Made by a program: the position numbers and the translations under genes. From Patescibacteria group bacterium (GTDB lineage: Bacteria; Patescibacteriota; Patescibacteriia; SG8-24): a stretch of DNA of 64,000 bases. The notes beneath the pieces are model-generated. The model was not told where the DNA came from. It made no database searches and saw only the letters and a list, made by a program, of their open reading frames with translations. Within the stretch, counting starts at the first letter, position 1. Each line of letters starts with the position of its first letter. Location of the stretch: contig JBAYFM010000005.1 of NCBI GenBank assembly GCA_041667185.1, positions 9,285-73,284 of the forward strand, written 5' to 3'. This document shows, piece by piece, positions 39,536 through 49,183 of this stretch.

Positions 39536-40858
39536 TCACTGGCCGAACGGTTTGCGGAATTCGAACCATTGTTTGTCGAGCGCGTCGGTGAGATAAAGCG
39601 AGCCGTTCAAACTGATGTAGACGCCGTCGCGGCCCGGCGTCAGGAAGATATCCGACCGCGCCCAGTGCGTCAGCGGCCCGAACTCGAGGAACTTGTACCA
39701 GTCGCGGCCGTTCAGCGAAACGATGATCCCGAACTTGCCGGCGAAAGACGCGACCTCGTTGGCTTCGGTGTGGAACGCGGCGTAATAGACGCCGTTCCAG
39801 GTCAACAGGCTGTAAGTGTAGCCGGCATAACCGTACGTGACTGGACTCCAGACCTCCCGCAGCTTGTCGGCAGCCACGTCATACATCGCGATCCCGTGAG
39901 CCTGCAAGCGATCAGGTCCGAACAGGATCCCGGCATTATCTTTCATGATGGTCGCCGCCGTGAAGCCCTCGTCCCAGATCTGGCGCCAGGTCTTGCCGGC
40001 GTCTTTCGAGACGAGCGTGTAGCGGGCCACGTCGCCCGTGCCGACGTAGAGATCGCCGTCATGCCAAAACACAGCGTGCAGGTGGCGCAGCCGGAACCGG
40101 TCGTCGCCCGCGGCGTAAGTGACCGCGTCCTTGGGATAGAGCTGCTGAAAATCGATCCAGGGCGACCAAGTCAGGCCGTCGTCGGTGCTGCGGTACAGGA
40201 CCGCCTGATTGTAGGCGTGCTGCGTTCCGTAGATCGTACCGTTCCGGTCGTCGGCGATCGTCCAGAAAGTGCCGCCGATCTCTTTCGAGACCAGATCCCA
40301 ATTCTCGCCGACGTCGGCCGAGCGGTAGAGATCGCCCGGCAGGTCGAAATGCGCGTAGAGATTGCCGCGACTGTCGCCATCGAGGAAGATGTCGCCGGGG
40401 CGCTGATTCTCGTTCAGGACGCGCCGGACCGTCCCGTCATCGACGGACATCTTATAGATGGAACGCCAACCGTCGAATTCGACGACGGCCATGAGCAGCG
40501 AGCGGCTCGGGGCGTGAAAATAAATGCGGCCCACGTCGCCGATCGCTGGCGCGACGGTAATCGGCCGGAGGCCCTGGGAATTGATCTGCCCGATCGTGGC
40601 GCGCGGCAAGGGCGGCGGTTCCGGCGTCGGCGGCACGGCCTCCTCGATCGTGATCGGCGGCGTTTCGGGAGCGGCGGTTTCGGCCGCCGGTGCAGTGGCG
40701 GGTTCGGCAGCAGGCGGCGGTCCGGCGACCTCTTTCTGGGGTGCGGCCGGAGCGATGACCGTCGGCCGCGACGAAAAAACGAACAACCCGGCGGCTGCGG
40801 CAAACAAGACCGCGACCAGGAGCGCAAGCAGGACGTCAATTGGTTTGAGCTTGAACAT
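39536..40858 (-). CDS. Membrane-anchored BNR/sialidase-like beta-propeller protein
   Basis: N-terminal TM, Pro/Ala linker, SxDxGxxW repeats and an RHLH motif. Confidence 0.75.
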   Translation of the reverse strand: MFKLKPIDVLLALLVAVLFAAAAGLFVFSSRPTVIAPAAPQKEVAGPPPAAEPATAPAAETAAPETPPITIEEAVPPTPEPPPLPRATIGQINSQGLRPITVAPAIGDVGRIYFHAPSRSLLMAVVEFDGWRSIYKMSVDDGTVRRVLNENQRPGDIFLDGDSRGNLYAHFDLPGDLYRSADVGENWDLVSKEIGGTFWTIADDRNGTIYGTQHAYNQAVLYRSTDDGLTWSPWIDFQQLYPKDAVTYAAGDDRFRLRHLHAVFWHDGDLYVGTGDVARYTLVSKDAGKTWRQIWDEGFTAATIMKDNAGILFGPDRLQAHGIAMYDVAADKLREVWSPVTYGYAGYTYSLLTWNGVYYAAFHTEANEVASFAGKFGIIVSLNGRDWYKFLEFGPLTHWARSDIFLTPGRDGVYISLNGSLYLTDALDKQWFEFRKPFGQ

Positions 40859-40888
40859 AAAAGATCCTGGTTTCAGCTTAACATAATT

Positions 40889-40953
40889 TGGGAGAGTGCT
40901 GGAGTGCGGGAGAGACGGAGTCACGTCGTTCGCGAACGACGTGACGGAGTCAT
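40889..40953. repeat. Octamer-built repeat, copy 4, with a 26-bp perfect palindrome
   Basis: GGAGTGCG/GGAGAGAC units followed by GTCACGTCGTTCGCGAACGACGTGAC. Confidence 0.8.
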
Positions 40954-41007
40954 GGAATTCTGCGGAATTGAAAAAGCTCGCTCCGGACGGAGCGAGCTCA
41001 AGGTAGG

Positions 41008-42546
41008 TCAGACGCATTCACGGAACGCGTCTTCTTCGGGCAGATATTCCATCAGATCTATAGAGAACTCTTCACCACGATGTTTGACGAGTCCGTAGGT
41101 CAGCCGCTGGATGGACTCGACGCTGAGCCTCACCGCGAAGATCCGGATGAATCCGGAGATCAGGGCGAAGACCAGCATGATGGCGATCGGCGTCTTCAGA
41201 TCGGCCAAACCGTACTCCCAGATGCGCCAGCCCTCTTTCGGAAAGCTAGTGAACAGGAAAACGGTCATGGCTCCGACGAGCGCCGCCCAACCGGACATCT
41301 TGGTGATCTGTCGGGCGAGCCGCAATTCGCCGGTCTGGACGAAATGCAGGAGCACACGCACCGGCAATTCGAAACAGCGCAACCGCCGCCACTTGAGTTC
41401 GATCAGCGGCTCGACCAATCGGTACATGAGCGTCCAGGAGCCAGTGTTCACGTAAGTGCCGTCCGGATCGGAGGTGCGGCGCCACTCATGAGTATGACCC
41501 ATGATGATGGCTTTCGCTCCCCGCTCCTGACGCAGACGTTTCGCGTACTCGTCGATGCGACAAGCCGTGAAGGTCTCCAGCACGATGCGCAAAGTATTGC
41601 GGATGCTGGACTTGCGCCGGATGTCCCAAAAGGCGAACAATGCGTTGAACACGAAGCTCCACATGAGCACCGCGCCCGCGTAGAACGTCCAACCCCAGCG
41701 ATGCAGAGCCGCGTTCTTCCACAAGCCGCGATAGTTCAGGAGCCGACCGATCAGCGGATTCTTCTGCTTCAGGCTGATCATGGGACCGCACGCCAGATAA
41801 GAACCGTAAGGCTGGTTCAGGATCGGACGCTCGATCGGCACGCCGAAACGCTTCGTCAGGATCACCGCTTCCGGATCGACCCGATTCTGAGCCTCGGCGT
41901 TCATGCCGTGGTAATAAAGCACGCCGCGATGCAGATCCATGAACTCTGAACTGTGATCGATGAAGCGGATGCGGCTCGCGGCTTCGGCGTCGGTTCCGGC
42001 GATGCGCGCCCGGACCAGTTCCTGGACCTTTTTCCAGACCAGGATCAGGTCGTGGTTGCCGGCGAAAATGTCCAGGCGACAATTGGGCCGGCGCACGAAC
42101 CGGAACAGCGCGTCGAAGAAATCCGCGTGACCATCGATGATCTTGCTCATCTGCAGGACGCCGGTCTCTTCGTACGGCGGAACGGAGAAATGTCCGTTGA
42201 TCGAGACCGCGAGCGGATCGAACATGTCGCCCAGAAGCCGCAAGCGCAGCAGCGGGGCGGAACCATGAAGCGAGACCGCCTTGTCCAGGAACCGCACGAA
42301 CACGCGATCATCCGGGAAATCCTCGAGCGGATTCAGCGGACTGATCTTGGTCGGGACGTCGTACTCGAACAGACTTGCGCACCAGCGCCAGACCCGGCGC
42401 AGGAGCGACGGTCGGGAGCGCACGCGCGCCGCCAGACCCTCGGACATGTGCAGGTCGCTGACCACATAAATCACCTCATCGACTGCGGCCTTTCCGGTGT
42501 CACCGGAAGGCTGGTTGTTGGCAACCACTACTTCCGATGTCTCCAT
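41008..42546 (-). CDS. Metallophosphoesterase with C-terminal membrane segments
   Basis: SDLH, GDMFD, GNHD, HG, GHTH and NTGSW calcineurin-like motifs. Confidence 0.85.
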   Translation of the reverse strand: METSEVVVANNQPSGDTGKAAVDEVIYVVSDLHMSEGLAARVRSRPSLLRRVWRWCASLFEYDVPTKISPLNPLEDFPDDRVFVRFLDKAVSLHGSAPLLRLRLLGDMFDPLAVSINGHFSVPPYEETGVLQMSKIIDGHADFFDALFRFVRRPNCRLDIFAGNHDLILVWKKVQELVRARIAGTDAEAASRIRFIDHSSEFMDLHRGVLYYHGMNAEAQNRVDPEAVILTKRFGVPIERPILNQPYGSYLACGPMISLKQKNPLIGRLLNYRGLWKNAALHRWGWTFYAGAVLMWSFVFNALFAFWDIRRKSSIRNTLRIVLETFTACRIDEYAKRLRQERGAKAIIMGHTHEWRRTSDPDGTYVNTGSWTLMYRLVEPLIELKWRRLRCFELPVRVLLHFVQTGELRLARQITKMSGWAALVGAMTVFLFTSFPKEGWRIWEYGLADLKTPIAIMLVFALISGFIRIFAVRLSVESIQRLTYGLVKHRGEEFSIDLMEYLPEEDAFRECV

Positions 42547-42623
42547 GAAAGCCTCCTTGTTTTTGGATTTTTAAGGAACTTTTAGGCGGAAAAGGGCCGA
42601 TTTACCCCTTACCGCAACATACT

Positions 42624-42652
42624 ATTTAAGCACAAAATAGGCCGTTTGTCAA
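42624..42652 (-). promoter_or_regulatory. Sigma70-type promoter
   Basis: TTGACA-17-TTAAAT with extended TG, directly beside repeat copy 5. Confidence 0.6.
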
Positions 42653-42654
42653 TG

Positions 42655-43032
42655 AGGGGAGTGCGGGAGAGACGGAGTTGGGAAGAGACGGAGTCAGGGA
42701 GTGCTGGAGTGCGGGAGAAATGGAGTTATCAAAACTCCCCCACTCCTCCACTCCCGCACTCTCCCATTCATTGGATCAGAGAGATGCGGAGAGACGGAGA
42801 TACGGAGTGCTGGAGTACTGAAGTGCTGGAGAGACGGAGTCACGTCGCTCGCGAACGACGTGGCGGAGTGCTGGAGTACTGGAGTTCTGGAGAGACGGAG
42901 TATCAAAACTCCCCCACTCCTCCACTCCCGCACTCTCCCGTTCAGTGGATCAGAGAGATGCGGAGATACGGAGTACTGGAGTACTGAGATGCTGGAGAGA
43001 CGGAGTCACGTCGCTCGCGAACGACGTGACGG
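42655..43032. repeat. Octamer-built fold-back repeat, copy 5 (tandemly duplicated ~175-bp unit)
   Basis: Two copies of TATCAAAACTCCCCCACTCCTCCACTCCCGCACTCTCCC and two GTCACGTCGCTCGCGAACGACGTG palindromes. Confidence 0.88.
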
Positions 43033-43053
43033 GGTTGCCAGGAACCGGGGAAC

Positions 43054-44193
43054 TCAACGGCTCAGTTTCGCGTACAGTTCCGCCGTGGCGGCGGCGATCC
43101 GGTCCCAGTCGTATTCCCTGGCCGCCCAGGCGCGCGAGCGCGCGCCGCGTTCGGCCACGACCTCGGGATGATTGAAAAGCGCTTCCAGCTTCTCGCGCAG
43201 ATCGGCGACGTCGGCTTTGACGAAAGTGATGCCGGTGTCGCCGACGGGTTCGAGATTCTCTGGAATGTCGGAGACCAGCACGCAGCGCCCGGCCGACATG
43301 GCTTCGATGATCGAGACCGACAGCCCCTCGGCTTCCGACGGGTGGACGTAAAGGTAGGCGTTCGCGAACAGCTGCCGCAGCGCGTCGCCGCTCTGGAAAC
43401 CGGTGAACACGATGGCAGAATTCCCGGCGCTGAGGTTGCGGATGTAGTCGGCGTACTCGCCGCCGAAACCCGGCGCGCCGGCGATGACCAGTTTCTTGCC
43501 GGTCGCGAGATCGCCGAAAGCCTCGATCAGATGATGGATGCCCTTCTGCCGGACCAGCCGGGCGACGGTCAGGATATAACCATCGGGTTCCAGGCCCCAG
43601 GTCTTCAGACGGTCGGAACCGGGATATCCTTCGAAACGCGAACCGTTGGGGATGTAGACCGTTTCCGCGCGGAACTGCTCGCGGCAATAGCGCTGGATGG
43701 TCTTCGAGACCGCGATGGTGGCGTGCGCGAACCGGACCGCGCACCATTCGCCGAAATACAGGTACGCCTGAGCCAGGCTCCCCCACTTCGGATGCAGCCG
43801 GTCGATGCTGTGAAACGTGATCACGACCCGGGCTCGCGGCTTGAACAATTTCGGTATCCAGGCCAGGGTCGCCGGACCGACGCCATGATAATGGACGATG
43901 TCGGCCGGCCGGAACAAGACCGCGATCGAGGCAAGAAAAGTGTGGGTCAGCGTATCCAGGCTTTTGGTGGGGATGGACGGCAGGCGCAGCAGCCGAATGC
44001 CGTTCCAGGACGCTTCCTTGGTGCCAACGAACCGCGGCCGGACATAAGCGCTCACGTCATGGCCCATGGCGGCCAGGCGGACGCCCAACTCTTCCACGTG
44101 GCGCTCGATGCCGCCGGAATCAGCCCGAACCGGCAGCCCTTTAAGGCCGATCATGACGATCCTGAGTTTTTTCCCGTTAAAAGCTTGATCCAT
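43054..44193 (-). CDS. Glycosyltransferase family 4
   Basis: GGIERHV, RLVRQKG and PSEAEGLSVSIIEAM (EX7E). Confidence 0.92.
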   Translation of the reverse strand: MDQAFNGKKLRIVMIGLKGLPVRADSGGIERHVEELGVRLAAMGHDVSAYVRPRFVGTKEASWNGIRLLRLPSIPTKSLDTLTHTFLASIAVLFRPADIVHYHGVGPATLAWIPKLFKPRARVVITFHSIDRLHPKWGSLAQAYLYFGEWCAVRFAHATIAVSKTIQRYCREQFRAETVYIPNGSRFEGYPGSDRLKTWGLEPDGYILTVARLVRQKGIHHLIEAFGDLATGKKLVIAGAPGFGGEYADYIRNLSAGNSAIVFTGFQSGDALRQLFANAYLYVHPSEAEGLSVSIIEAMSAGRCVLVSDIPENLEPVGDTGITFVKADVADLREKLEALFNHPEVVAERGARSRAWAAREYDWDRIAAATAELYAKLSR

Positions 44194-44350
44194 AGGCTGC
44201 GGCAGTCGTTCTGCTCCTCCTTAAGTTTATCACGGCCTGGCCCAATCAAGAACCCGCTTGCCTCCAGACGCAAAAGATGAAAAGATGGCGCTGCGCACGC
44301 ATCTCATGAATATTTTGACCGCGTACCGGTCGAATCCATAGGAGACGATC

Positions 44351-45478
44351 ATGAACGCACGCTCAGTTCTTTTCATGCCACTGATCTTTGGTATCGCTGT
44401 GGCGGCAACCGCCACCGAGGCGCCGAGCGCGACGGAATCAATGCCGTCGACCGCCGCCCTGATCGAAAAGATGGCCGCGGCCAGGGCTCTGGTCGCCGTG
44501 CACAACGTCCGCATCAGCCATGACGGGACCAATGCCGTCATCGCCGTCTGGAGCGGCGCGTCCGAAGACCCAATCAGGGTCGTCGAACTCCGCTCTTGCC
44601 GGACCAGCGCGTCCGATCTCGCCGTCGAATGCCGACGCTACACCAGATCGAGCGTCGAGTACGTCGTCACCGCGCCCGCGAACACGCTAGTGCTCGCCGC
44701 CAAGACGCGCACCTGCATCGATCATCGCTGCCGCCGGACCCAGACCGCGACCCAGACGCCCTACGCCGCGATGATCCATACGCCCGGGATGGTCGCGGTC
44801 GGCCGGAGATATCTGGACAGCCTCGTCCTCAGCGCCAAGGCCGAACTCGACAAGCTGGAAACGCCTTCGCTGGCCGTGCCCGGCTCCCGCGTCACGGACC
44901 TGGCGCTTGAGCGTATCCTGGCCGCGATCCCGATCGTCGAGCACGGACGTTCCGACCAGGTCGAGGAACTCGGCATCAGGCACGTGGTCGAGGAATTTCT
45001 GGTGTTCCTGGCCGCGAACGGCGAAAACGCTTTCGCCGGCACGATCTCGCGAGCCAACGCCCGCGGCATCGCCCAATTCATCAGCAGCAGCTACCAGCTC
45101 ACCCGGACGCGCTACAAGAACGCCCAGCTGATCGCCGACTTCCGCTCCGGAACGGATGATCACCTGAACGCGGTCAAGGCGCAATTCTGCCTGGCGGACT
45201 GGACGCTCACGGAGCTTTCGTCAGAAAGTCTCGCCAAGCTGCGGATCCCGCTCTTCGAGGAAGATCTCGGCGCCTACATCGCCGCGGCCTACAACGGCGG
45301 TGAACATCGGGCCGCGCGGGCCCACCGCCGCTACCCGGAGTCCTGGGAAAAATCGGGTCGCGGGCTGTTCCGCGAAACGATCGGCTACGTCAACTTTTTC
45401 CGCCTGGTCTATCGCCAGCTCTGGATCGATCCGGACATCAAGATGGCGGCGACCCAAGACCGCACTTTCGACCCCTGA
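44351..45478 (+). CDS. Secreted lysozyme-fold / lytic transglycosylase-like protein
   Basis: Signal peptide; ARGIAQF, AAYNGG and ETIGYV motifs of the SLT fold. Confidence 0.65.
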   Translation: MNARSVLFMPLIFGIAVAATATEAPSATESMPSTAALIEKMAAARALVAVHNVRISHDGTNAVIAVWSGASEDPIRVVELRSCRTSASDLAVECRRYTRSSVEYVVTAPANTLVLAAKTRTCIDHRCRRTQTATQTPYAAMIHTPGMVAVGRRYLDSLVLSAKAELDKLETPSLAVPGSRVTDLALERILAAIPIVEHGRSDQVEELGIRHVVEEFLVFLAANGENAFAGTISRANARGIAQFISSSYQLTRTRYKNAQLIADFRSGTDDHLNAVKAQFCLADWTLTELSSESLAKLRIPLFEEDLGAYIAAAYNGGEHRAARAHRRYPESWEKSGRGLFRETIGYVNFFRLVYRQLWIDPDIKMAATQDRTFDP

Positions 45479-45688
45479 CGCAACGACATCTCAAGACCTC
45501 GGTCCATGCGGCCGGGGTTTTTCTTGCGGCCAATGATACGAACGGACGGCTAGGGCCGTTATTTTTAAACTCAAGGCGCGCTGCCGACGTCCGAAGGGAC
45601 GTCACGATGACCATTTCCAAACGGATATCACCCAAAAATAAATGGGCCGCATGAGATTAGATCTCACACGGCCCGAGGGTCCAGGCGA

Positions 45689-46309
45689 TTAAACGCCGGA
45701 CTTGCGAACGACGAGAAACCGACCGAAACTGTCATCAAAACATTTCCAACGTTGCTCGGAACTGAGTTTCAGCTGGCGACAGCAGTGGTTCGACCACAGA
45801 TACGGGACATGACAATGACCGCACGGATCCACCCACGAGGAGCCGAGGGCGAAGATGTGACCTTCACCATTCCATTTTATCCTGGCATAAGCGAGCAACT
45901 CGACAAGGGTCGCACTGCGATAACCATTCTGGTCGATGATGCGACGCAGATCGGCGGTGGACGTATATCGAAGGTCATCGTGGTCGCGAATGTTCAAGAC
46001 TACGATGTCCGATATGTCCGCAACCGGATCGGAGAGCGAAAAATTACGCTCATTGATGTCGGGGTCGACGATGTAACGAAAAGCCAAGTCGGCGGCCACC
46101 TGGGCAAAGGTGACTGTCTCTTTTACCTCGGCGGCGCCGATAACGAGCTTGGCCATCTTCCGGATGGTCGATCGGCCAGCACCCTTGTTGAGGGCGAACA
46201 GATGTTCGTCACTGCCGCCCAGATCAATGATGTCGGTGCGAAGCTTCAGGATGAGATCACCGATGAAACCCGCTCCCGCCACGATCGTCGAATCGTTCTT
46301 CTTTCCCAT
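45689..46309 (-). CDS. Hypothetical protein
   Basis: SD AGGAG; GYRSATLVELL...ALGSSW...VPYL...RFLVVRK pattern; lower GC than neighbours. Confidence 0.75.
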   Translation of the reverse strand: MGKKNDSTIVAGAGFIGDLILKLRTDIIDLGGSDEHLFALNKGAGRSTIRKMAKLVIGAAEVKETVTFAQVAADLAFRYIVDPDINERNFSLSDPVADISDIVVLNIRDHDDLRYTSTADLRRIIDQNGYRSATLVELLAYARIKWNGEGHIFALGSSWVDPCGHCHVPYLWSNHCCRQLKLSSEQRWKCFDDSFGRFLVVRKSGV

Positions 46310-46421
46310 GCTCCTACTCCTTTTCCGTGGGCTCGTCCCTCATCCCGCGTCATGCGGAACACCAGACTCGCCTTGAAAGGTACTACTTAAGGGCTAGGTT
46401 GGCACCAGTAGGCGGCTTTGT

Positions 46422-46676
46422 CAAAAGAAATAGCCCCATCCCTGCGGGATGAGGCTCTTTCTTATGGTGGGTCGGCTGCCGGGGATTCCTCCTCCCCCAC
46501 CGCTCGCTACTTGGGGCCCCTGCCCCAAGTGCTCACGGCTCCTCCGGAGCCCGCCGCTCCGCAACGCACCATACTAGGTGCGTTGGCGGAGTCGGCTTCG
46601 AATCCCAGACGACCCTGCGCAAAAGAAATAGCCCCATCCCTGCGGGATGAGGCTCTTTCTTATGGTGGGTCGGCTG
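46422..46676. repeat. 198-bp tRNA-Lys 3'-linked repeat (57-bp direct repeats around a multi-hairpin core)
   Basis: 46422-46478 is identical to 46620-46676 (terminator plus the last 14 nt of the tRNA). Confidence 0.9.
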
Positions 46677-46739
46677 GGATTCGAACCCAGGACCATCAGC
46701 TTAAAAGGCTGTTGCTCTACCAGACTGAGCTACCGACCC
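46663..46739 (-). tRNA. tRNA-Lys(TTT)
   Basis: Reverse complement GGGTCGGTAGCTCAGTCTGGTAGAGC...CAGC-CTTTTAA-GCTG...GGTTCGAATCC...CGACCCACCA. Confidence 0.95.
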
Positions 46740-46777
46740 ATAACGAACTGGTTGTTGTCGAACTAACCGTCTTTATT

Positions 46778-47049
46778 TGTTGCTCTACGACGCAGTTCAG
46801 TCGCTCTGCGACTGAACATTACAGATGCGCGGCTAAGGCCGCAACTCATCGTCGCAAGCCGTACTATCGGACGAACGGAGTCGCCGCGGCGGCGAAGTTC
46901 TGTTCGGCGGCTTACGACGCAGTTCAGTCGCTCTGCGACTGAACATTACAGATGCGCGGCTAAGGCCGCAACTCATCGTCGCAAGCCAGCATTAAAGTCC
47001 ATCTTCTTTCAGAATCAAGCTGGCTTACCAGACTGAGCTACCGACCCAT
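46778..47049 (-). repeat. Duplicated 5' part of tRNA-Lys interrupted by two tandem structured inserts
   Basis: TGTTGCTCTAC (46778-46788) and CAGACTGAGCTACCGACCCAT (47029-47049) match the tRNA gene. Units 46789-46915 and 46916-47028 share an identical 72-bp core. Confidence 0.9.
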
Positions 47050-47223
47050 GACGACGCTGTTTTTGATTTTGTCCGTCTCACATCAAACCGCTTGCCACCC
47101 GCAGATCCGCAGGAGTGGAGGGTGGGGCTACCGACCTATAACGAACGAACTTTATCGAAAACGCGGAGGAAGCGTAACAAAATCCCCCGCGTTCATCAAC
47201 TCTCTTCCAAAACGCCTACCGAT

Positions 47224-47448
47224 TTACATCTCGCCGGTCTCGGCCAAAAAGTCGTCGAACCGGGCCTGCAGCGATTCCTTGATCGACATCAGATCCTCAT
47301 CGTCGTCCATCTCCTGGAACTGCATCTTATCCTCAAGAAGTTCCTCGATGATCTGATCCCACTGCTCCCGCTCGAAAGCGCCCTCGGCGGTCGCTTTCTC
47401 TTTGGCCTCCACGAACAGCTCTTCAAGATCGAACGCTAAATTATCCAT
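47224..47448 (-). CDS. Small acidic hypothetical protein
   Basis: 74-aa ORF, strongly D/E-rich, coding-like codon usage. Confidence 0.7.
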   Translation of the reverse strand: MDNLAFDLEELFVEAKEKATAEGAFEREQWDQIIEELLEDKMQFQEMDDDEDLMSIKESLQARFDDFLAETGEM

Positions 47449-47563
47449 AAATGCGGATTAAAATATGACGTGCGCAATGATAGCACGAATCGGTTTCCAG
47501 GCAAGCCCCCAAAGTGCTTTCTTAAAATGACCCGCAAAAATATCGCTCAACCAAGCTTAATAA

Positions 47564-47592
47564 TTGACTTTTGAAAAAATTCGTGCTAATCT
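47564..47592 (+). promoter_or_regulatory. Sigma70-type promoter
   Basis: TTGACT-17-TAATCT with extended TG. Confidence 0.65.
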
Positions 47593-47616
47593 AAAATTGT
47601 CATTAATCACAAAACT

Positions 47617-48426
47617 ATGTCCGGAGAACAACCGCGGGAACTCAACCTGGAGGATATCATCAACAAGACCGAACCGACCTCCAGCCAGGACAGCTCCAAA
47701 ACTGAACCGGCCGAAAAAAACCGCGATGCGGCCCAGGACGCTCAGCAGCCGGCTGCTGGCGAAGAATCCCGGCTGGCCAAAACCTCGGTCTTCCAAGCCG
47801 AGACCAAAAAGCTGGCTGATAAATACGAAGGCGTGCGCGACGAAGTGGCCCGCCTGTCGCAGGAACTCAACTCCGGAAAACTCGACCCGAAACAAGCCAA
47901 GTTCAAACAGGACTTCCGGGAAAACCTGAAGCAGGATTATTTCCGCGAGCTGGTCGACAGCGTCGTGACCAGCGACACCAAATTAGGGACGGAAGTCGTC
48001 AAACTGGGCATGGATTATCCCGAGATCGCCAAAGACCATCCGTACCAGGACATGCTCAAGGAGCTCAGCAACAACATCCTGGAGACGACCCAGGCCAAAA
48101 GCCAGTTCGAAGCCCTGATCGCGGGGTCGCAGACTGGCGAGGTCGCGGTCCAGAAGCTTCGCGAGCGGATCACACAGAACATGGATGGTTTCATGAAAGG
48201 CGCCAGGTCCAAACTGGAGAATCAGTTCGGAGCGCGGGGCGAGCGGGCGAAAAAACTGGCGGCCAACCGGGCCAAGATCCAGCCGCCCAAGGTCCTCGAA
48301 TTCAAGACCAAACGGCAGCTGCTGCGCGAGCAGCTCAAAGGTTTCTTCGACGAGGTCCAGGAGCGGCTCGGCAATAAACCCGAGGATCAAGAAAAAGAAA
48401 AGCCGGCGCGAGATAAAGCCGCCTGA
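47617..48426 (+). CDS. Charged helical hypothetical protein
   Basis: 269-aa ORF with promoter and downstream hairpin; ends in KAA. Confidence 0.75.
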   Translation: MSGEQPRELNLEDIINKTEPTSSQDSSKTEPAEKNRDAAQDAQQPAAGEESRLAKTSVFQAETKKLADKYEGVRDEVARLSQELNSGKLDPKQAKFKQDFRENLKQDYFRELVDSVVTSDTKLGTEVVKLGMDYPEIAKDHPYQDMLKELSNNILETTQAKSQFEALIAGSQTGEVAVQKLRERITQNMDGFMKGARSKLENQFGARGERAKKLAANRAKIQPPKVLEFKTKRQLLREQLKGFFDEVQERLGNKPEDQEKEKPARDKAA

Positions 48427-48578
48427 TACTGAGACAGATAAAAAAATACCTCGCCGCCCGGCGGGGTGTTTTGATTCTGAATATCCCGAGCTGACGCTCG
48501 GGATCGAATTAAAGTGGCGAAAAAAATCCGCCAACAAGGTTGGCGGACGGCGGAAAGGACCTGGCGGCGCACGGCGGC

Positions 48579-49010
48579 CTAGACGGTCTGGTCGCGATGA
48601 CGGATGAGATGCTCCAAGCGATAAAGCCTGGCGAACAGGGCGGCGAAATACCGCGCCATTTCCCGCAGCTCAGGATCACTCTCGTCCTGCCAGACCTCGG
48701 CCCAGATGGCGTGGAGACCGGCGGTCTCGGGATCGTTCTCCATCAGGCGCAGCTCCTCGTCCGCGAACTCGCGGCGCGGCGTGTCATGGACGATGGCGGC
48801 GGCGGCTTGCGCGCTCGCGAGTTTCGGAGCGTGAAGGGTCCGGCGGAACAGTTCAGACAGGATCCGCTCGCAACACGGACGGAAAGTCGAAGTTTCGGCG
48901 GGCAGCAGCGCCGCGACCGGAGCGTAGACCGGATAACGGCCGATGAACCGCTGAATGTGCCCGGCTGCAGCGCGTGGCAAACGCGTGATGTTCGTCATCG
49001 AAGCTTCCAT
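48579..49010 (-). CDS. Hypothetical protein
   Basis: GGAGG SD before ATG 49010; upstream TTGACT promoter-like motif. Confidence 0.55.
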   Translation of the reverse strand: MEASMTNITRLPRAAAGHIQRFIGRYPVYAPVAALLPAETSTFRPCCERILSELFRRTLHAPKLASAQAAAAIVHDTPRREFADEELRLMENDPETAGLHAIWAEVWQDESDPELREMARYFAALFARLYRLEHLIRHRDQTV

Positions 49011-49183
49011 GGAGGCCTCCATTTCGGGTGTCTGGATCCGTGCAGCACCCGAACTGATGCCGGGTTCGGCTGTGAAAGAACTGGCTATCTAAGCAGTAAT
49101 TCGGCCAAAAGTCAAGGGTGACGGCCTGAATCCGGCTCCCGGCGTGCCAAAAAAAAAGACGGGCGGCGAGGCCGTCCGTCAGG

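Noticed and set aside
42655-43032. Possible CRISPR array
   Set aside because: The units are degenerate 8-mers in inverted arms, not identical 23-47 bp repeats with unique spacers, and there are no cas genes in the window.
46789-46860. Hammerhead or twister-sister ribozyme in the tRNA insert
   Set aside because: GATGAG and CTCAT resemble core fragments, but there is no CUGANGA plus GAAA pair, and these bases are not conserved in the tRNA-Thr copy.
46418-46942. 174-aa ORF over the tRNA-Lys locus
   Set aside because: It is antisense to the tRNA, and its repeated peptide simply reflects the DNA duplication.
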